Under the pieces are notes generated by a model that was not told where the DNA came from, made no database searches, and worked only from the letters and a program-made list of their open reading frames with translations. Below are positions 31,940 to 43,167 of a stretch of 64,000 bases of DNA, in pieces. The position numbers were made by a program, and so were the translations under genes. Within the stretch, counting starts at the first letter, position 1. The number at the start of each line of letters is the position of its first letter. The stretch is from Naegleria gruberi (Eukaryota), in assembly GCA_000004985.1 (NCBI GenBank), contig GG738851.1. The stretch is one strand, 5' to 3'.

Positions 31940-34786
31940 ATGGAAGAACAGAAAGATGCGAAATTATTTAGAACAATTTCTGTTGATCAAGAAGAAGAAA
32001 TAATTCTTCATCATGTTGATTCGAACAATTATATGAATGAAGTTAAATTATTTATTCAAAGTGATGCTATGAGTACTATGAGTAGTAATACTACTACCAA
32101 TTTATCTTCATCTTCAAAATTACTAACGGACGATCATCATGATGATGAAAATAATTCAACATGTACAATTAATAATAATCTAAATAATACAACTACAACA
32201 ATAACAAATTCAGCAACTACAACAATATCATCACAGGAAAATAATAATTTAAATATTATTGATGCATCAACAACATCATCAGAAAATTCCGAATTATTTA
32301 ATGTATTACCTGATGATAATAATAATTATCAGATGCAACAGATCAAGTCGGAATCGCCTAGAGTTTCAACTGTTATTGAAACAAAAGTAACGATTTCTAC
32401 TCAATCAGCAGCTGAGGATGATCATCAGGAAGAAGAGAATGATGAACATGCTATTGATGATCCAATGCAGGAATCACCAGCAAAACCACAACAGGATAAT
32501 GTACAGCAGAATAATAGTAACTTGTCACCGTTTGAATTAATGATGGCCAAGTTGGAATCAAACAAGAGTGCAACAAGTAAATTAATTTTCAAAAGGAAGA
32601 ATGTTGATTTGTTGGGAGAGTCAACTAGTTCGGCATTTCAACCACAGGCATCGAGCTCAATGGATAGTTCAAACCCGATTGTGGAATCGGATGGTGTTGG
32701 ATTGATTGGTGAATCTCCTGGATTGGAAGATGAAGTACTGGATTGTAAAAGAACAAATGGAGTGCTACGTTGTTCATCATTTTCACAGGATACGGATAGT
32801 AAAATTGGGGATGATTACGAGGAGCCATTTCAAGATCATGACAAAGCATTGGAAAAACTCTCTGAAGGATTGTCAGATGAACAAAAACGAGTTTTTGATA
32901 TGGTAAAGGAGGGGAAAAGTGTTTTAATTACTGGTTTGGCTGGTGCTGGAAAATCATTCTTGATGAAACGAATTATTGCCATGTTAAAATTGATGAGGAA
33001 AGATTATGCTGCTACTGCTGCCACAGGCATTGCAGCAGTCAATATTGGAGGAGTTACTTTGCATAGTTATATAGCTTTAGCTGATACTAATTGTGCAGGA
33101 ATTTGGGGAAAGAAAATGGATATCAAAGTATTAGATACATTGATTATTGACGAAATTTCAATGATTAGTGCAGAGCTCTTTGAACTTGTTCATTTCCTAT
33201 TGACTCTTGTTTGTTATTACTCTGATATTAAGAGACGTTACGATCTTCAAAAGCAAGATAAGAAGAAATTGACAGAGTCCATGAAAAGGATTTACGATCA
33301 AGCTCTTCCATTCCATTTAATTGATGGACTTCCACTATTTGGAGGAAAGCAATTAATTCTTTCAGGAGATTTTATGCAATTAACACCTGTACCGAGAAGA
33401 AATAGTTCAGATTCAGAAAATCACATGGAAGGAAAAGATAAGCAATTCATTTTTCAATCACCACTCTTTTCCAAAATTTTTAACTCTTCTAATATTATGG
33501 TTCTCAAGCAAATATTCAGACAAGTCGATCAACCTGATTTTTTAGAGGCACTTAATGAGATTAGAATGGGAAAAGTCTCTACAAAAACCATCAATTTTTT
33601 GAAAAGATTAAAGCAAAACAGGTTAATGCCAGTGAATGGAATTTTACCTACCCTACTCTACACAACCAACAGAGATGTGGACCAGGAAAATAACACTCAT
33701 TTAGCAAACCTGTCCAGCGACAGTCACTTTTTTGAAACTGAAACAATAGATCCAAATCATAACATTCCGAACTCTACACTGAACTATATGAAACGTATAT
33801 TTGAGAACCAAATTTCTGAAAATATAACACTGAAGGAAGGAGCACAAGTAATCCTGACAAAGAATATGGACAAGTATCATGTTAATGGATCGAGAGGAGT
33901 AGTTGTAGGATTTAAAGTTTTTTCTCAATTACAAATTGAGGAGTGGCAAAAATTCAGATTTTCTCGTTTCTCATCAAAATGGACCAACGATATTGAAATA
34001 CCAAAGATCAAATTTTTCGATGGCTCTGAGTCTTACATTCCACCTGTTGTTTTTACAATGAAAGGACCAAAGATAAATGGTGCTGAAACAGAATTGTGGA
34101 GAATGGGATTTCCACTCAGGTTGGCCTGGGCCATCACTGTTCACAAATCACAAGGTATGACTTTGGATTATTGCAAAGTGGACCTCTCACAGATATTCAC
34201 TCCTGGACTTTCGTATGTGGCACTGAGTCGTGTAAAGAATGCCAAAAATTTAGAAATTGTAAATATTAACTGGAAGAAGATTGATTATGTGAATGAGGAT
34301 GCAAAAAAGTTTTACAAGAATCTGAATAACAAGGATCTCAGCTCCTCATCTCCCCTAGGAAAGAGATCTTCAGTTGGTTCTTCATCTTCTGAAATGGGCA
34401 TTGTACCAATATTCTCAACACCCAACACTAAAAAGATCAAAACAGATGATAACATGGATCTTTCATTCACTCCTCCTCAACAACCTATGGCTTCCTCTTC
34501 TTCAGCATCTACTACTCAACAACTTCAGTGTACAACAAACGTTATTTGGAGCTGGCAAAATGGAGCTAATTGGAAATTGTACGATAGAATTTCACACCAA
34601 ATCGAACAAGGTTATAGTGAGTGGACCAATGAGAATCAACCAGAATCAAAACGATTCTACTCTGTTTCAGATGCTCACTATATTGATTTCCAATTAATGA
34701 AACAAGTGAATAAGAATGAATCATGGAGAACAAGAAAGGTCAAAAGAGAGGAGCAATTCATTACTCGTCTCACCAAACAAATGTAA
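31940..34786 (+). CDS. PIF1-family 5'-3' DNA helicase with long N-terminal low-complexity region and C-terminal WWE domain
   Basis: Helicase motif I/Walker A GLAGAGKSFLMKRII and motif Ia/II region ATAATGIAAVNIGGVTLHSY ... LIIDEISMISAELF. C-terminal PIF1 signature WAITVHKSQGMTLDYCKVDL...GLSYVALSRVKNAKNLEI. The last ~80 aa match the WWE consensus (VIWSWQNGANWKLYDRISHQIEQGYSEW...FYSVSDAHYIDFQLMKQVNKNESWRTRKVKR). Confidence 0.8.
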   Translation: MEEQKDAKLFRTISVDQEEEIILHHVDSNNYMNEVKLFIQSDAMSTMSSNTTTNLSSSSKLLTDDHHDDENNSTCTINNNLNNTTTTITNSATTTISSQENNNLNIIDASTTSSENSELFNVLPDDNNNYQMQQIKSESPRVSTVIETKVTISTQSAAEDDHQEEENDEHAIDDPMQESPAKPQQDNVQQNNSNLSPFELMMAKLESNKSATSKLIFKRKNVDLLGESTSSAFQPQASSSMDSSNPIVESDGVGLIGESPGLEDEVLDCKRTNGVLRCSSFSQDTDSKIGDDYEEPFQDHDKALEKLSEGLSDEQKRVFDMVKEGKSVLITGLAGAGKSFLMKRIIAMLKLMRKDYAATAATGIAAVNIGGVTLHSYIALADTNCAGIWGKKMDIKVLDTLIIDEISMISAELFELVHFLLTLVCYYSDIKRRYDLQKQDKKKLTESMKRIYDQALPFHLIDGLPLFGGKQLILSGDFMQLTPVPRRNSSDSENHMEGKDKQFIFQSPLFSKIFNSSNIMVLKQIFRQVDQPDFLEALNEIRMGKVSTKTINFLKRLKQNRLMPVNGILPTLLYTTNRDVDQENNTHLANLSSDSHFFETETIDPNHNIPNSTLNYMKRIFENQISENITLKEGAQVILTKNMDKYHVNGSRGVVVGFKVFSQLQIEEWQKFRFSRFSSKWTNDIEIPKIKFFDGSESYIPPVVFTMKGPKINGAETELWRMGFPLRLAWAITVHKSQGMTLDYCKVDLSQIFTPGLSYVALSRVKNAKNLEIVNINWKKIDYVNEDAKKFYKNLNNKDLSSSSPLGKRSSVGSSSSEMGIVPIFSTPNTKKIKTDDNMDLSFTPPQQPMASSSSASTTQQLQCTTNVIWSWQNGANWKLYDRISHQIEQGYSEWTNENQPESKRFYSVSDAHYIDFQLMKQVNKNESWRTRKVKREEQFITRLTKQM

Positions 34787-34818
34787 ACTTTTACCATTCA
34801 AATGTCATTGTGAAAAAA

Positions 34819-37467
34819 ATGTATGATCATTGGGTAGGTATACCTATTCTACTACTCTCTTCACTATCATTACGCTAGAAATACGACAGAGATCAAGTCC
34901 TCCGAATAACTCTCAACAATGGCTTTTATCTACAATATGCTGATGATAAATTTAAAAAAGATAAAGATCTTGTGTTACAGGTAATTTCTCGGTACGGAAG
35001 GGGACTCGAATTCGTAGACGAATCCCTGAAAAAAGATAAGGAGGTTGTTCTTGCAGCTGTCAAACACGATGGCTTTGCACTTAAATTTGCTCATCATTCA
35101 TTGAAAAAAGATAGAACAATAGTTTGGGAAGCAATTTCACAAAATGGAAATGCTCTTCGTTTCGCTGATGCAATATTTCAAAATGATAGAGAAATTGTGT
35201 TGCGATCGGTGAGAATCGCTGGCGGAGCATTACAACATGCCAGTGATTTGTTAAAAGTGGATCATCTAGTTGTGTTTGAAGCAGTCAAACAGAGTGGACA
35301 TGCTATTCAATTTGCGCACTCATCATTTAAGAAAGATAGAGAGCTGGCATTGAAATGTTGTAAAATAGGAGATAATTCATTTGAATATGTAGATGGATCA
35401 TTCAAGAAAGAAAGAGAGTTCGTATTGGAATCTGTTAAAAGTTTTGGAACAGCTCTTTTGCATGTACATGAACCATTTAAAAAAGATAAGGAAATAGTTT
35501 TTGAAGCTATCAAACAAAGTCCAAGTGCATTCTTCAGTGCTGATGATTCATTTAGGAAGAAAGACAGAGAATTTATATTGAAAGTCGCCAAGTGTGATGA
35601 GGGTGCAATTTATTGGACAGATTATTCTATCCAATCAGAGACATTATTTGCATTTATCTACTCGTTTAGCTTGAAAGCTGATCAAAAAGAATGGATAAAG
35701 GGTCTAAATTCAACGCTATACGAAAATATCGAGAAAGCCAAGGCTGAATCAATTCAGACATGTTTATCTAGAGATGTTATTGGAATGTATTCGAACAAGT
35801 TTTCTGAGGAAGCTTATTTATTTTGTTGCTTGGCTTTACCAGACACTTATCCTAAACCTGTAGGAAATATATTCAATTTCAATCAATCGTATTCTAGTCA
35901 ATTTGTGGAAAAACTGATTATTGTACAAATTTTGAAGAGTATTAGTTCATTGGATTCAACTTGCAGCGCATCTGTCAGTAAGACAATAGATTATTACTTG
36001 TTTTTATTCAAGTTAGACAGATTTTTAGACGAATCTAATGTTAAATCAACCAATTATTCCAAGCTTGGATCTGTTGTTATGGAAATTTCATCAAAGTTTG
36101 AAACATCATATTACTCAAAAACTGATATTGGAATTGCATTATTATTTTTCAAAGATTGGATCAGCAGATTTAAACATTTCGATGATCACCGAGAGACATT
36201 AGCTCAATACAAGCAAGTTGGAGGTGATTTCTCAAAAATTATGCGAGTTATCACGCAATTTCATTACTATTCAAATAATGATTATGATGTTGTTTCAGTA
36301 CTAGGATATGGAGGCGAAGGAGCTGCTTTTAAAGCATTTAGTAAGAAATTGAATGAATTGGTGGCCATCAAAATCAAATTTGAGAAGGAAGATGAAAAAA
36401 GCAGCGAGGAAAGAATTCAATTTATCAGGAGAAATGATATTGAAGGTAAAATCAAATGCCACGATTGTAATTTGATTGATGGTTACATGTATTCTATCAT
36501 GGAATTGGGAGAAGAGACATTATCTGATTATATTGATAGAAATAGAACTTATTATCAAAATAAGCAATATTCGAAAGAGCATTTTATTGAGATTCTAATA
36601 ATATTTAACAAGATTTTACAAGCAGTCAAATCAATTCATGACCATAATATTTCACATAGAGATTTGGATCCTAAAAATGTAGTCAAAGTGAAAGATCGTT
36701 ACAAAATTATTGACTTTGATATTGCAAAGGTCATCAAAACAGGTAATTCTATCACCCTAACTGTTGGAAAATTTGCATACATGTCACCAGAAGTGTCACA
36801 CGACAATTACAGCGAGGAAATGCTCAATAACGAAGACAAGCTTTCAAATAATATTGGAAATGTCACAACATCATGTGATATCTTCTCATTGGGATGTATT
36901 TTATTGAAACTCTTAACAAACTGTAGTTTGAGATTGGATAGAGAATTCGTAACTGTTATCAACAACTTTGAGAAATATGATGGAAATTATCAATACTTTA
37001 CAGATAATGGATTTTATTTCTATTCAATATTGATTGATTTGTTAAAGGAAAAGAAATTACATCACGCCATTCAACAGACAGTGAACCAGTTCGTGGATCC
37101 TGAATGGGAAGTTAATGAAATACTTATCAAGTGTTTAATAACAATGATTCAAAAGGATCCAACTCAAAGATTAGATTGTTTCATACATAGTAATGTCCTT
37201 ACAAAGGTAATCGATTTTTTAAAAGGTGAAAACAACATGACACTTAACCAAATTCTCAAAGATATGGAAAATTATAAGGAAATTAATGAATTGAAGGATA
37301 TTCCACAAATTATTGAAGAAAATGAGCAGCTTAAGAATGAAAATGTTGAGCTGAAGAGAATGATCGAAAATCTAGAAGAGAAAAGTCGAAAGGATAAGGA
37401 AGAAAATCAAATGCTAATGAAGAAGTTAGAGGAAATGGAGAAACGAACCAAAGAGCTTGAAAAATAA
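34819..37467 (+). CDS. DUF4116-like (~38-aa) repeat array fused to a degenerate protein-kinase domain and a C-terminal coiled coil; join(34819..34833, 34879..37467)
   Basis: Mini-exon ATGTATGATCATTGG with a GTAGGT donor and a 45-nt intron ending AG at 34877-34878. The frame with the alternative GTG start at 34972 stays open upstream and encodes further repeat units, so the gene starts upstream of that GTG. About 6 tandem units follow with the pattern DKEVVLAAVKHDGFALKFA / DREIVLRSVRIAGGALQHA / DRELALKCCKIG... Kinase motifs present: GYGGEGAAF (Gly loop) and VAIKIK (VAIK). The catalytic loop is HRDLDPKN, where Asp replaces the usual Lys. DFD replaces DFG. YMSPE is present. The C-terminus is an E/K-rich coiled coil. 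Confidence 0.65.
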
Positions 37468-37596
37468 ATTCATAAACTGGAATAAATAGAGAATTCAATC
37501 AAATTTCTAATAATAACTAAAGGGTATTTAAAATAATAATTATGACAACAAATTGGTGAACCGTGCTATCACGTTTTTTAATAACACAACAAAAAA

Positions 37597-38364
37597 ATGA
37601 ACAAAATCTCAAGAGGGTTAATCACCACAGGTAACAAGAGATTCTTCTCATCCACTTGCATGAACAAAAGTAAACCAATTGTTGAATTCAAAGAAATTCA
37701 GAAGGGACAAATATGGTTAATTGACAATTTATTTTCTGAAGAGGAATGCAAATCCTATATTGAATTGGCTGAATCGCAAGGATTTAATGATGCACCAGTC
37801 ACAGTTGGTGCTAATACTTTCAAAATGATGACAGATTACAGAAATAATAAGAGAGTAATTTTGGATGATCCTAACTTAGCTCAACAAATCTACACGAAAG
37901 TGAAAGATTTCGTTCCAGAATTTGCAAGTGAACTGAATGTCAATTCAAGAAAGATCAATACAGAATTCTTTCAAAAGTGTGGAGTGAACGAAAGATTCAG
38001 ATTTTACAGATATACCTCAGATGAGTATTTTAAAGCTCACTTTGATGGAAACTTTGCTAGAAACAACGTAGAGTGCACTCTTGAGAATGGAAAGACCTAC
38101 CTCTGTGAAGAATCTTCCTTCATAACCATGCTCATCTATTTAAACACTTTAGAGAAGGGAGGTGAAACAAATTTTGTGAATCCAGGTGGAGAAGAAAGAA
38201 TTCTTCACTCTGTGAATCCAAAAACAGGAAGAGTGCTATTGTTTGTCCATCGTTTGTTGCATGAAGCTGAACCAGTTGGAGAACCTTGGCAATTCAAATA
38301 TGTGTTGAGAACAGATATCATGTATAGAAGACCAATGGGTCTATTTTCATCATTTCATTGGTAA
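37597..38364 (+). CDS. Prolyl-4-hydroxylase-like 2OG-Fe(II) oxygenase (255 aa), possible N-terminal targeting peptide
   Basis: Motifs KAHFDG (HxD), GGETNF and LLFVHRLLHEAEPV...KYVLRTDIMY (distal His and the Lys/Arg of the 2OG-binding strand). The N-terminus MNKISRGLITTGNKRFFSS is basic and hydroxylated, like a presequence. Confidence 0.7.
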   Translation: MNKISRGLITTGNKRFFSSTCMNKSKPIVEFKEIQKGQIWLIDNLFSEEECKSYIELAESQGFNDAPVTVGANTFKMMTDYRNNKRVILDDPNLAQQIYTKVKDFVPEFASELNVNSRKINTEFFQKCGVNERFRFYRYTSDEYFKAHFDGNFARNNVECTLENGKTYLCEESSFITMLIYLNTLEKGGETNFVNPGGEERILHSVNPKTGRVLLFVHRLLHEAEPVGEPWQFKYVLRTDIMYRRPMGLFSSFHW

Positions 38365-39117
38365 ATGAATAAAGCTTACCTAATAAACTTGAATCAGACA
38401 ATAATTGGAAAGAGATATCAAGTCAGCCCATCAAGGACAATTAGACACAATTCTGCTACCAAGGTCTAATTCAATTTCATAATGTCAATATTGATGACAT
38501 AAATAGTGAAGAATCGCATATCCACTGCCTATCTTAATTACGTTCATTGTTTCGGTCAATATTCAAACTGAGATTTGACCAGGTTCACTCAAACTATTTC
38601 GCTGATTCTCATTATTGTGGCCAAGATATCTGTCATGAATCATGTGGCATATTGCACCAGAGGAAATTTAGCAAAACCTCAAACTAATAAAATGTCCAAA
38701 CAGGTGGTCAATAATGATGCTAACAATATTAGTGGCACTACCACATGCATGCAAACTTTCGCATGTATCACTTCGAGAAATACACAAGAGGAGAGTTCAG
38801 AGCTCTTCAAGTTTTCTCCTCATTTGAAGTCTTTCAGATATTTTCAAGATGCTGAACGCATGTTGAATAATTATTTCCAATTTTACATGCGGAAGGTATT
38901 GGAGTTGTGTTATTTTTTTTCGTTAAGATTTTTAAAATTGGCGGGAATTTGTTTAAGGTTGTTTGCTTATTAGTGCGAGCATGTAAAAGAAACACATGTT
39001 TCAAATTCCTTAACAATTTAAACAATAGAATCGGTAAGCTAGTTTTCATTCACCTATCAAGATTAAATTTGTTTTATTGTTTTTGGGCACAGTTTGAACA
39101 ATTTTCTCTTGCATCGA

Positions 39118-40006
39118 TCATTCGACACCAATCATTTGATTATCAAGTTTCTTATCGTGCTGCTTCTTAGACTGTTGAAGAAGCATCAGAATTTGATTAT
39201 ACATTTCTTCAAGCTTCTTATCCCATTCCTCTTGTTTCTCTTGCTTATCCCATTCTTCTTGTTTCTTATCAAGATTATTAACACTTTCAACAACCTTATC
39301 GAGACCCAACAGGATTTGTGAATTTTGTTTTAATAGGTCGAGTAAAAGTTCTCTTTCCATTTTTTTCACTAGCTCAGGTGATTCGTAATTGCTGTAGAAA
39401 TTCCAATTTATTTGATAGCATTGATTAAGGGCAAAACAACTTTTGTACGAAACAATTTTAAACATTAGAATCATTTTCGAATACTTGTCTCTTTCCCAAT
39501 TTTGCTCTTCCAAATTCAATAACATATCGAATAGATTTAATCTGATTCAATAGCAATAGAATGAAAAACATTCCAATTGCAGCATATCCAAAATCGAGAT
39601 ATCTAGTGCAAATCACCAATCCAATAAAATTCAACAAACTGTAAATAAACATGCCAAGTGGATCTTTGGTAGCCATCGAATAGAAACCACAGCCAATTCC
39701 AATAATCACCAACATGGCAATCCACAATGGAGTTCCAATCCAAAATACAGAAAAGATCAATACCAATCCAATCAGCAACAATTGGAATGAAAACATGTTT
39801 GCCAAATTTTGCCATTGTACAGCAGATGCTTGATTAGTATATTGTTTTTTCTGAATGGAATCTATAAAGTGTTCAATGTTTTTAGAGAACATGTCATAGA
39901 GTGGTGTTCTTGTTGTTTCTTGTTCTTGTGGAGCTGTTGTTGTTCTTGTTGTGGTTTCGTCCAACTGTTCAGAGTTGAGTGGTTGATGCGCTTCGGAATT
40001 GTTCAT
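39118..40006 (-). CDS. Hypothetical protein: 4-TM segment (39458..40006) followed by E/K-rich coiled-coil region (39118..~39400). Possibly one spliced gene or two genes.
   Basis: Upstream ORF has 4 hydrophobic helices (FQLLLIGLVLIFSVFWIG, LWIAMLVIIGIGCGFY, FIYSLLNFIGLVIC, AAIGMFFILLLL). Downstream ORF is a charged coiled coil (EEWDKQEKQEEWDKKLEE). The two overlap in different frames, and I could not fix the join. Confidence 0.3.
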
Positions 40007-40399
40007 TGTTGCTTGCTTTCGTTTTTTTTCTGTTTGGAATAATCCAAATGCCTATATATTTGGATATTTGTAGGATGGAAAAAAAACGTGTTTTTGTTGT
40101 GGTTTGGTGGATGGCATTTTGCGATTGGTTAATTTTTTTTTGTAAACTTTTTTAATATTGTAATTCTTTAATTCTTTGAATGATATTGAATTCAAACATT
40201 TAAAACTTTTGTAATGCAACCTTAGAGAAATTACAAAGTGTTGTTTGTCCTCAATTGAGTGGCAATGTGAACTTGAATTTCAATCTCAATCTTGATCTAA
40301 AAATAAATTTCAAGAAAATTGCAAATAAAAACGAGAACAATTTCAATAAACAACTTTTTCAAAAACAAAAAAACAAAACAAAACAATTAACTAGGAAAA

Positions 40400-40984
40400 A
40401 TGCACCCGGAAAAAATTACTGGAAGATTAGGAATTGCAACCAATCAAACAATTAAGAGAAATGCCTACATTCGTATACAGGAAAAGGCAGTTTCTCATTA
40501 TCAAATTGATGGAGAACAAGTTGCCTTCTCATTGAATAGACACAAAGCATGGGAATTGTTGGAAAAGCAACAAGAAATTGAAGAATCATATGACAATGTG
40601 TCAAGAAACAATGATCAAGAAAATAGACTAACTAAAAAGAAACATTTCCAACAACATCTCAATAAGAGTAAACATGACAATCGATTGCAACAAAAGGAAT
40701 TGGCAAAACTCAAGAAGAATTTAGAAAAGAAACCAATTCTATCCGAATCAACAGAAGAAGAAGCAGAACCAAAGATTGTGAAACATTTAATTGGAAGCAA
40801 AAATTATCCGAGAGGAGTTTCACTGTTCCCTGAAAATGGAATTGTCATTTCAGAAGTTATGAGTCGAGCACAAATTTACAAATTGAGTCAACACAGAGAT
40901 CGTCAACGTCATTTGGGTGTTTCAGGTAATCAGAAATCAAGACATCAGAAAAAAGCTGAATTTGAAAAGAGTATCTTTTTGTAA
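40400..40984 (+). CDS. Hypothetical basic, coiled-coil-rich protein (194 aa)
   Basis: ATG ORF with a K/R/Q-rich composition. No recognisable catalytic motif. Confidence 0.35.
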   Translation: MHPEKITGRLGIATNQTIKRNAYIRIQEKAVSHYQIDGEQVAFSLNRHKAWELLEKQQEIEESYDNVSRNNDQENRLTKKKHFQQHLNKSKHDNRLQQKELAKLKKNLEKKPILSESTEEEAEPKIVKHLIGSKNYPRGVSLFPENGIVISEVMSRAQIYKLSQHRDRQRHLGVSGNQKSRHQKKAEFEKSIFL

Positions 40985-41121
40985 AGATTACAATTGTACG
41001 TATAGCATTCGAGAGTAGGCAATAAAGTCATGATTTTGTTCCACTGTGGAACCTGATCCAATTTCCATTGTAAAATCATTTTACTGAACTTGAAAGTCAA
41101 TCAAAAAAAAATAACACAATA

Positions 41122-42604
41122 ATGAATGCAGGATTATTTTCTTCCGGGGCTTTTAATTCCGAATCTTTTAAAGATGTTTTGAATTGTGGTAAGAGATTGC
41201 CCTCCAATTCTTCCATTACATTCGAGGGAATTATGAAGGACTACTTTTATCAGACTGGTATGATGAAGGTATCTAATAAATTATTGGAAACTGCCTATTC
41301 GATTGCTGTTGATCATGATCCGATCAGTTTGGAAAGGCAAATTCACTTGGCATTAGGATTGCACAGTTGTAAAGATGGGCTGAATGAAAGAAGGGATTTG
41401 AATTTAGTTGTAGGTTGTTTAATTATATTATATTCATACATATATAAATATATATAATTATATATTATAATTATGCAATATATTTAATAATTATTGTAAA
41501 CTAAAGATTGTATTGGATATTAGTGGATCAATGGGATCTGCCATGTCTAGCAAGGAAAAAACCAAAATGCAAGTGGCCAATCAAGTAATTTGTGAAATAA
41601 TTGACAATTTGAGAGAATTTGAAAGATTGGGAATTGTTTTATTCGATCACAAGGCCGAAACTTTACTTCCATTAACAATCGTTCAAGATTTAGATAAGAA
41701 ATCACTCAAGGAAACTGTTCTAAAGATTGAAGAGCAGGGATCTACAAATTTTGAAGCTGGTATGCAAAGAGGAATCGATTTATTTTCCACTCTAGATTCG
41801 TCTGATTTATCCAATTCTAATAGAATCATTTACTTGACAGATGCTTGTCCAAACGTGGGTGGAACTGACACTCTCGATATTCTCACAAAAGATGCAAACT
41901 CTGGTCCGTACAATATCTTTTCAACTTTTATTGGAATTGGTTTAGATTTCAATTCGGATATTGTGGAAGAATTGACTCGAGTTCGTGGTTGTAATTATTT
42001 CTCTGTTAGATCAACTGAGGATTTTACAAAGATTTTGAATCAGGATTTCAATTATATTGTAACACCGATTTGTTACAATGTCAAGTTGAGTTTGGAATGT
42101 GAAAATTATGAAATTGAAAAATGTTTTGGAACAAATATGGCGGGAGAATCAACTGGCGAGATTATGAAAGTTGATACTTGTTCTGCAAGTCAATTGGATG
42201 AAAGAGGTGTTAAGGGAGGGATGGTTTTATTAAGATTGAAAGCAAAGAATGATTTTAAAGGAGAATCGAATGTGAAATTAACACTTTCCTATGAAACTAT
42301 TGAAGGAAAGAAGGTCAGAGATGAGAAGCAAGTTAAAATTGAATCAAGTGATCAACTTGGAAATTATTACGAAACTAATGGAATTCGAAAGGCCATTGCA
42401 TTGGTTAGATATGTTGAACAGGTGAAGGGTTATTTGATGGAAATGAAGAATGGGGAAACAAAACATGAAGGATGGAATTCAAAATTCAATCAATTATTGA
42501 ACCATTTCACCAATGAAGTGCAAGAAATTGGAGACGAAACCATGAACGAACATGTTGACTCTCTTAAGAAATTAATTAAATTTTCCACTGTTGTTAGAAA
42601 ATAA
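41122..42604 (+). CDS. von Willebrand factor A (vWA) domain protein; join(41122..41409, 41507..42604)
   Basis: GTAGGT donor at 41410 and AG at 41505-41506 define a 97-nt AT-rich intron. Exon 2 begins IVLDISGSMGS (MIDAS DxSxS motif), followed by ...LGIVLFD..., then a vWA-type alpha/beta pattern and a MIDAS Thr (GSTNFEAG) downstream. Confidence 0.65.
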
Positions 42605-43167
42605 ATTCCTGTACAATTCAACTATGTAGCATCTCAATCACCAACTATCTAGAACTCACTTTCCAAACATTCAACATGTTAGAATTGAGTAAACTGATTT
42701 GCTTTATTGAAGAACAATGTAAGGCGTTGGTTACACTAAATCAGTTCAATGAAATACCCACTCTGTAGTTTTAATTGCAAATCTGTTCAACAGTTTCCTT
42801 TATTTATTAATTAAAATCTATAAAAGTAAATTTAAATACTTTTGCATTTGGAAATTCTAACAATATCTTTGAAAGTCAATTTAGATCTCAACTCTTTTCA
42901 TGGTGTTGCTTGACATGAACCATCATGAAGAGGTAAGTTTAGTTTACAATTTTATGAAATTTAGTCTAGTTTGAAAGTTGTATCAAGCGTCAGCTCTAAT
43001 CGTCCAAGAAAACTGACATTGTCTCTTGAACTTATGGTGTTTTCTAATACTTTTGTATGCTTGATAAGGATTGATGAACTGGTTGTAAGATTAACTTTCG
43101 TATAAATAGCAAGTAGAGTGGCTCATTAAGATATTCAAACAAACCAAAAAAAACAATACAAATAACA

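Noticed and set aside
34981-34986. GTAATT just after the ORF-track start of the kinase gene, considered as an intron donor
   Set aside because: The reading frame continues straight through it and keeps encoding the ~38-aa repeat. The true 5' structure is the upstream ATG mini-exon plus the 45-nt intron.
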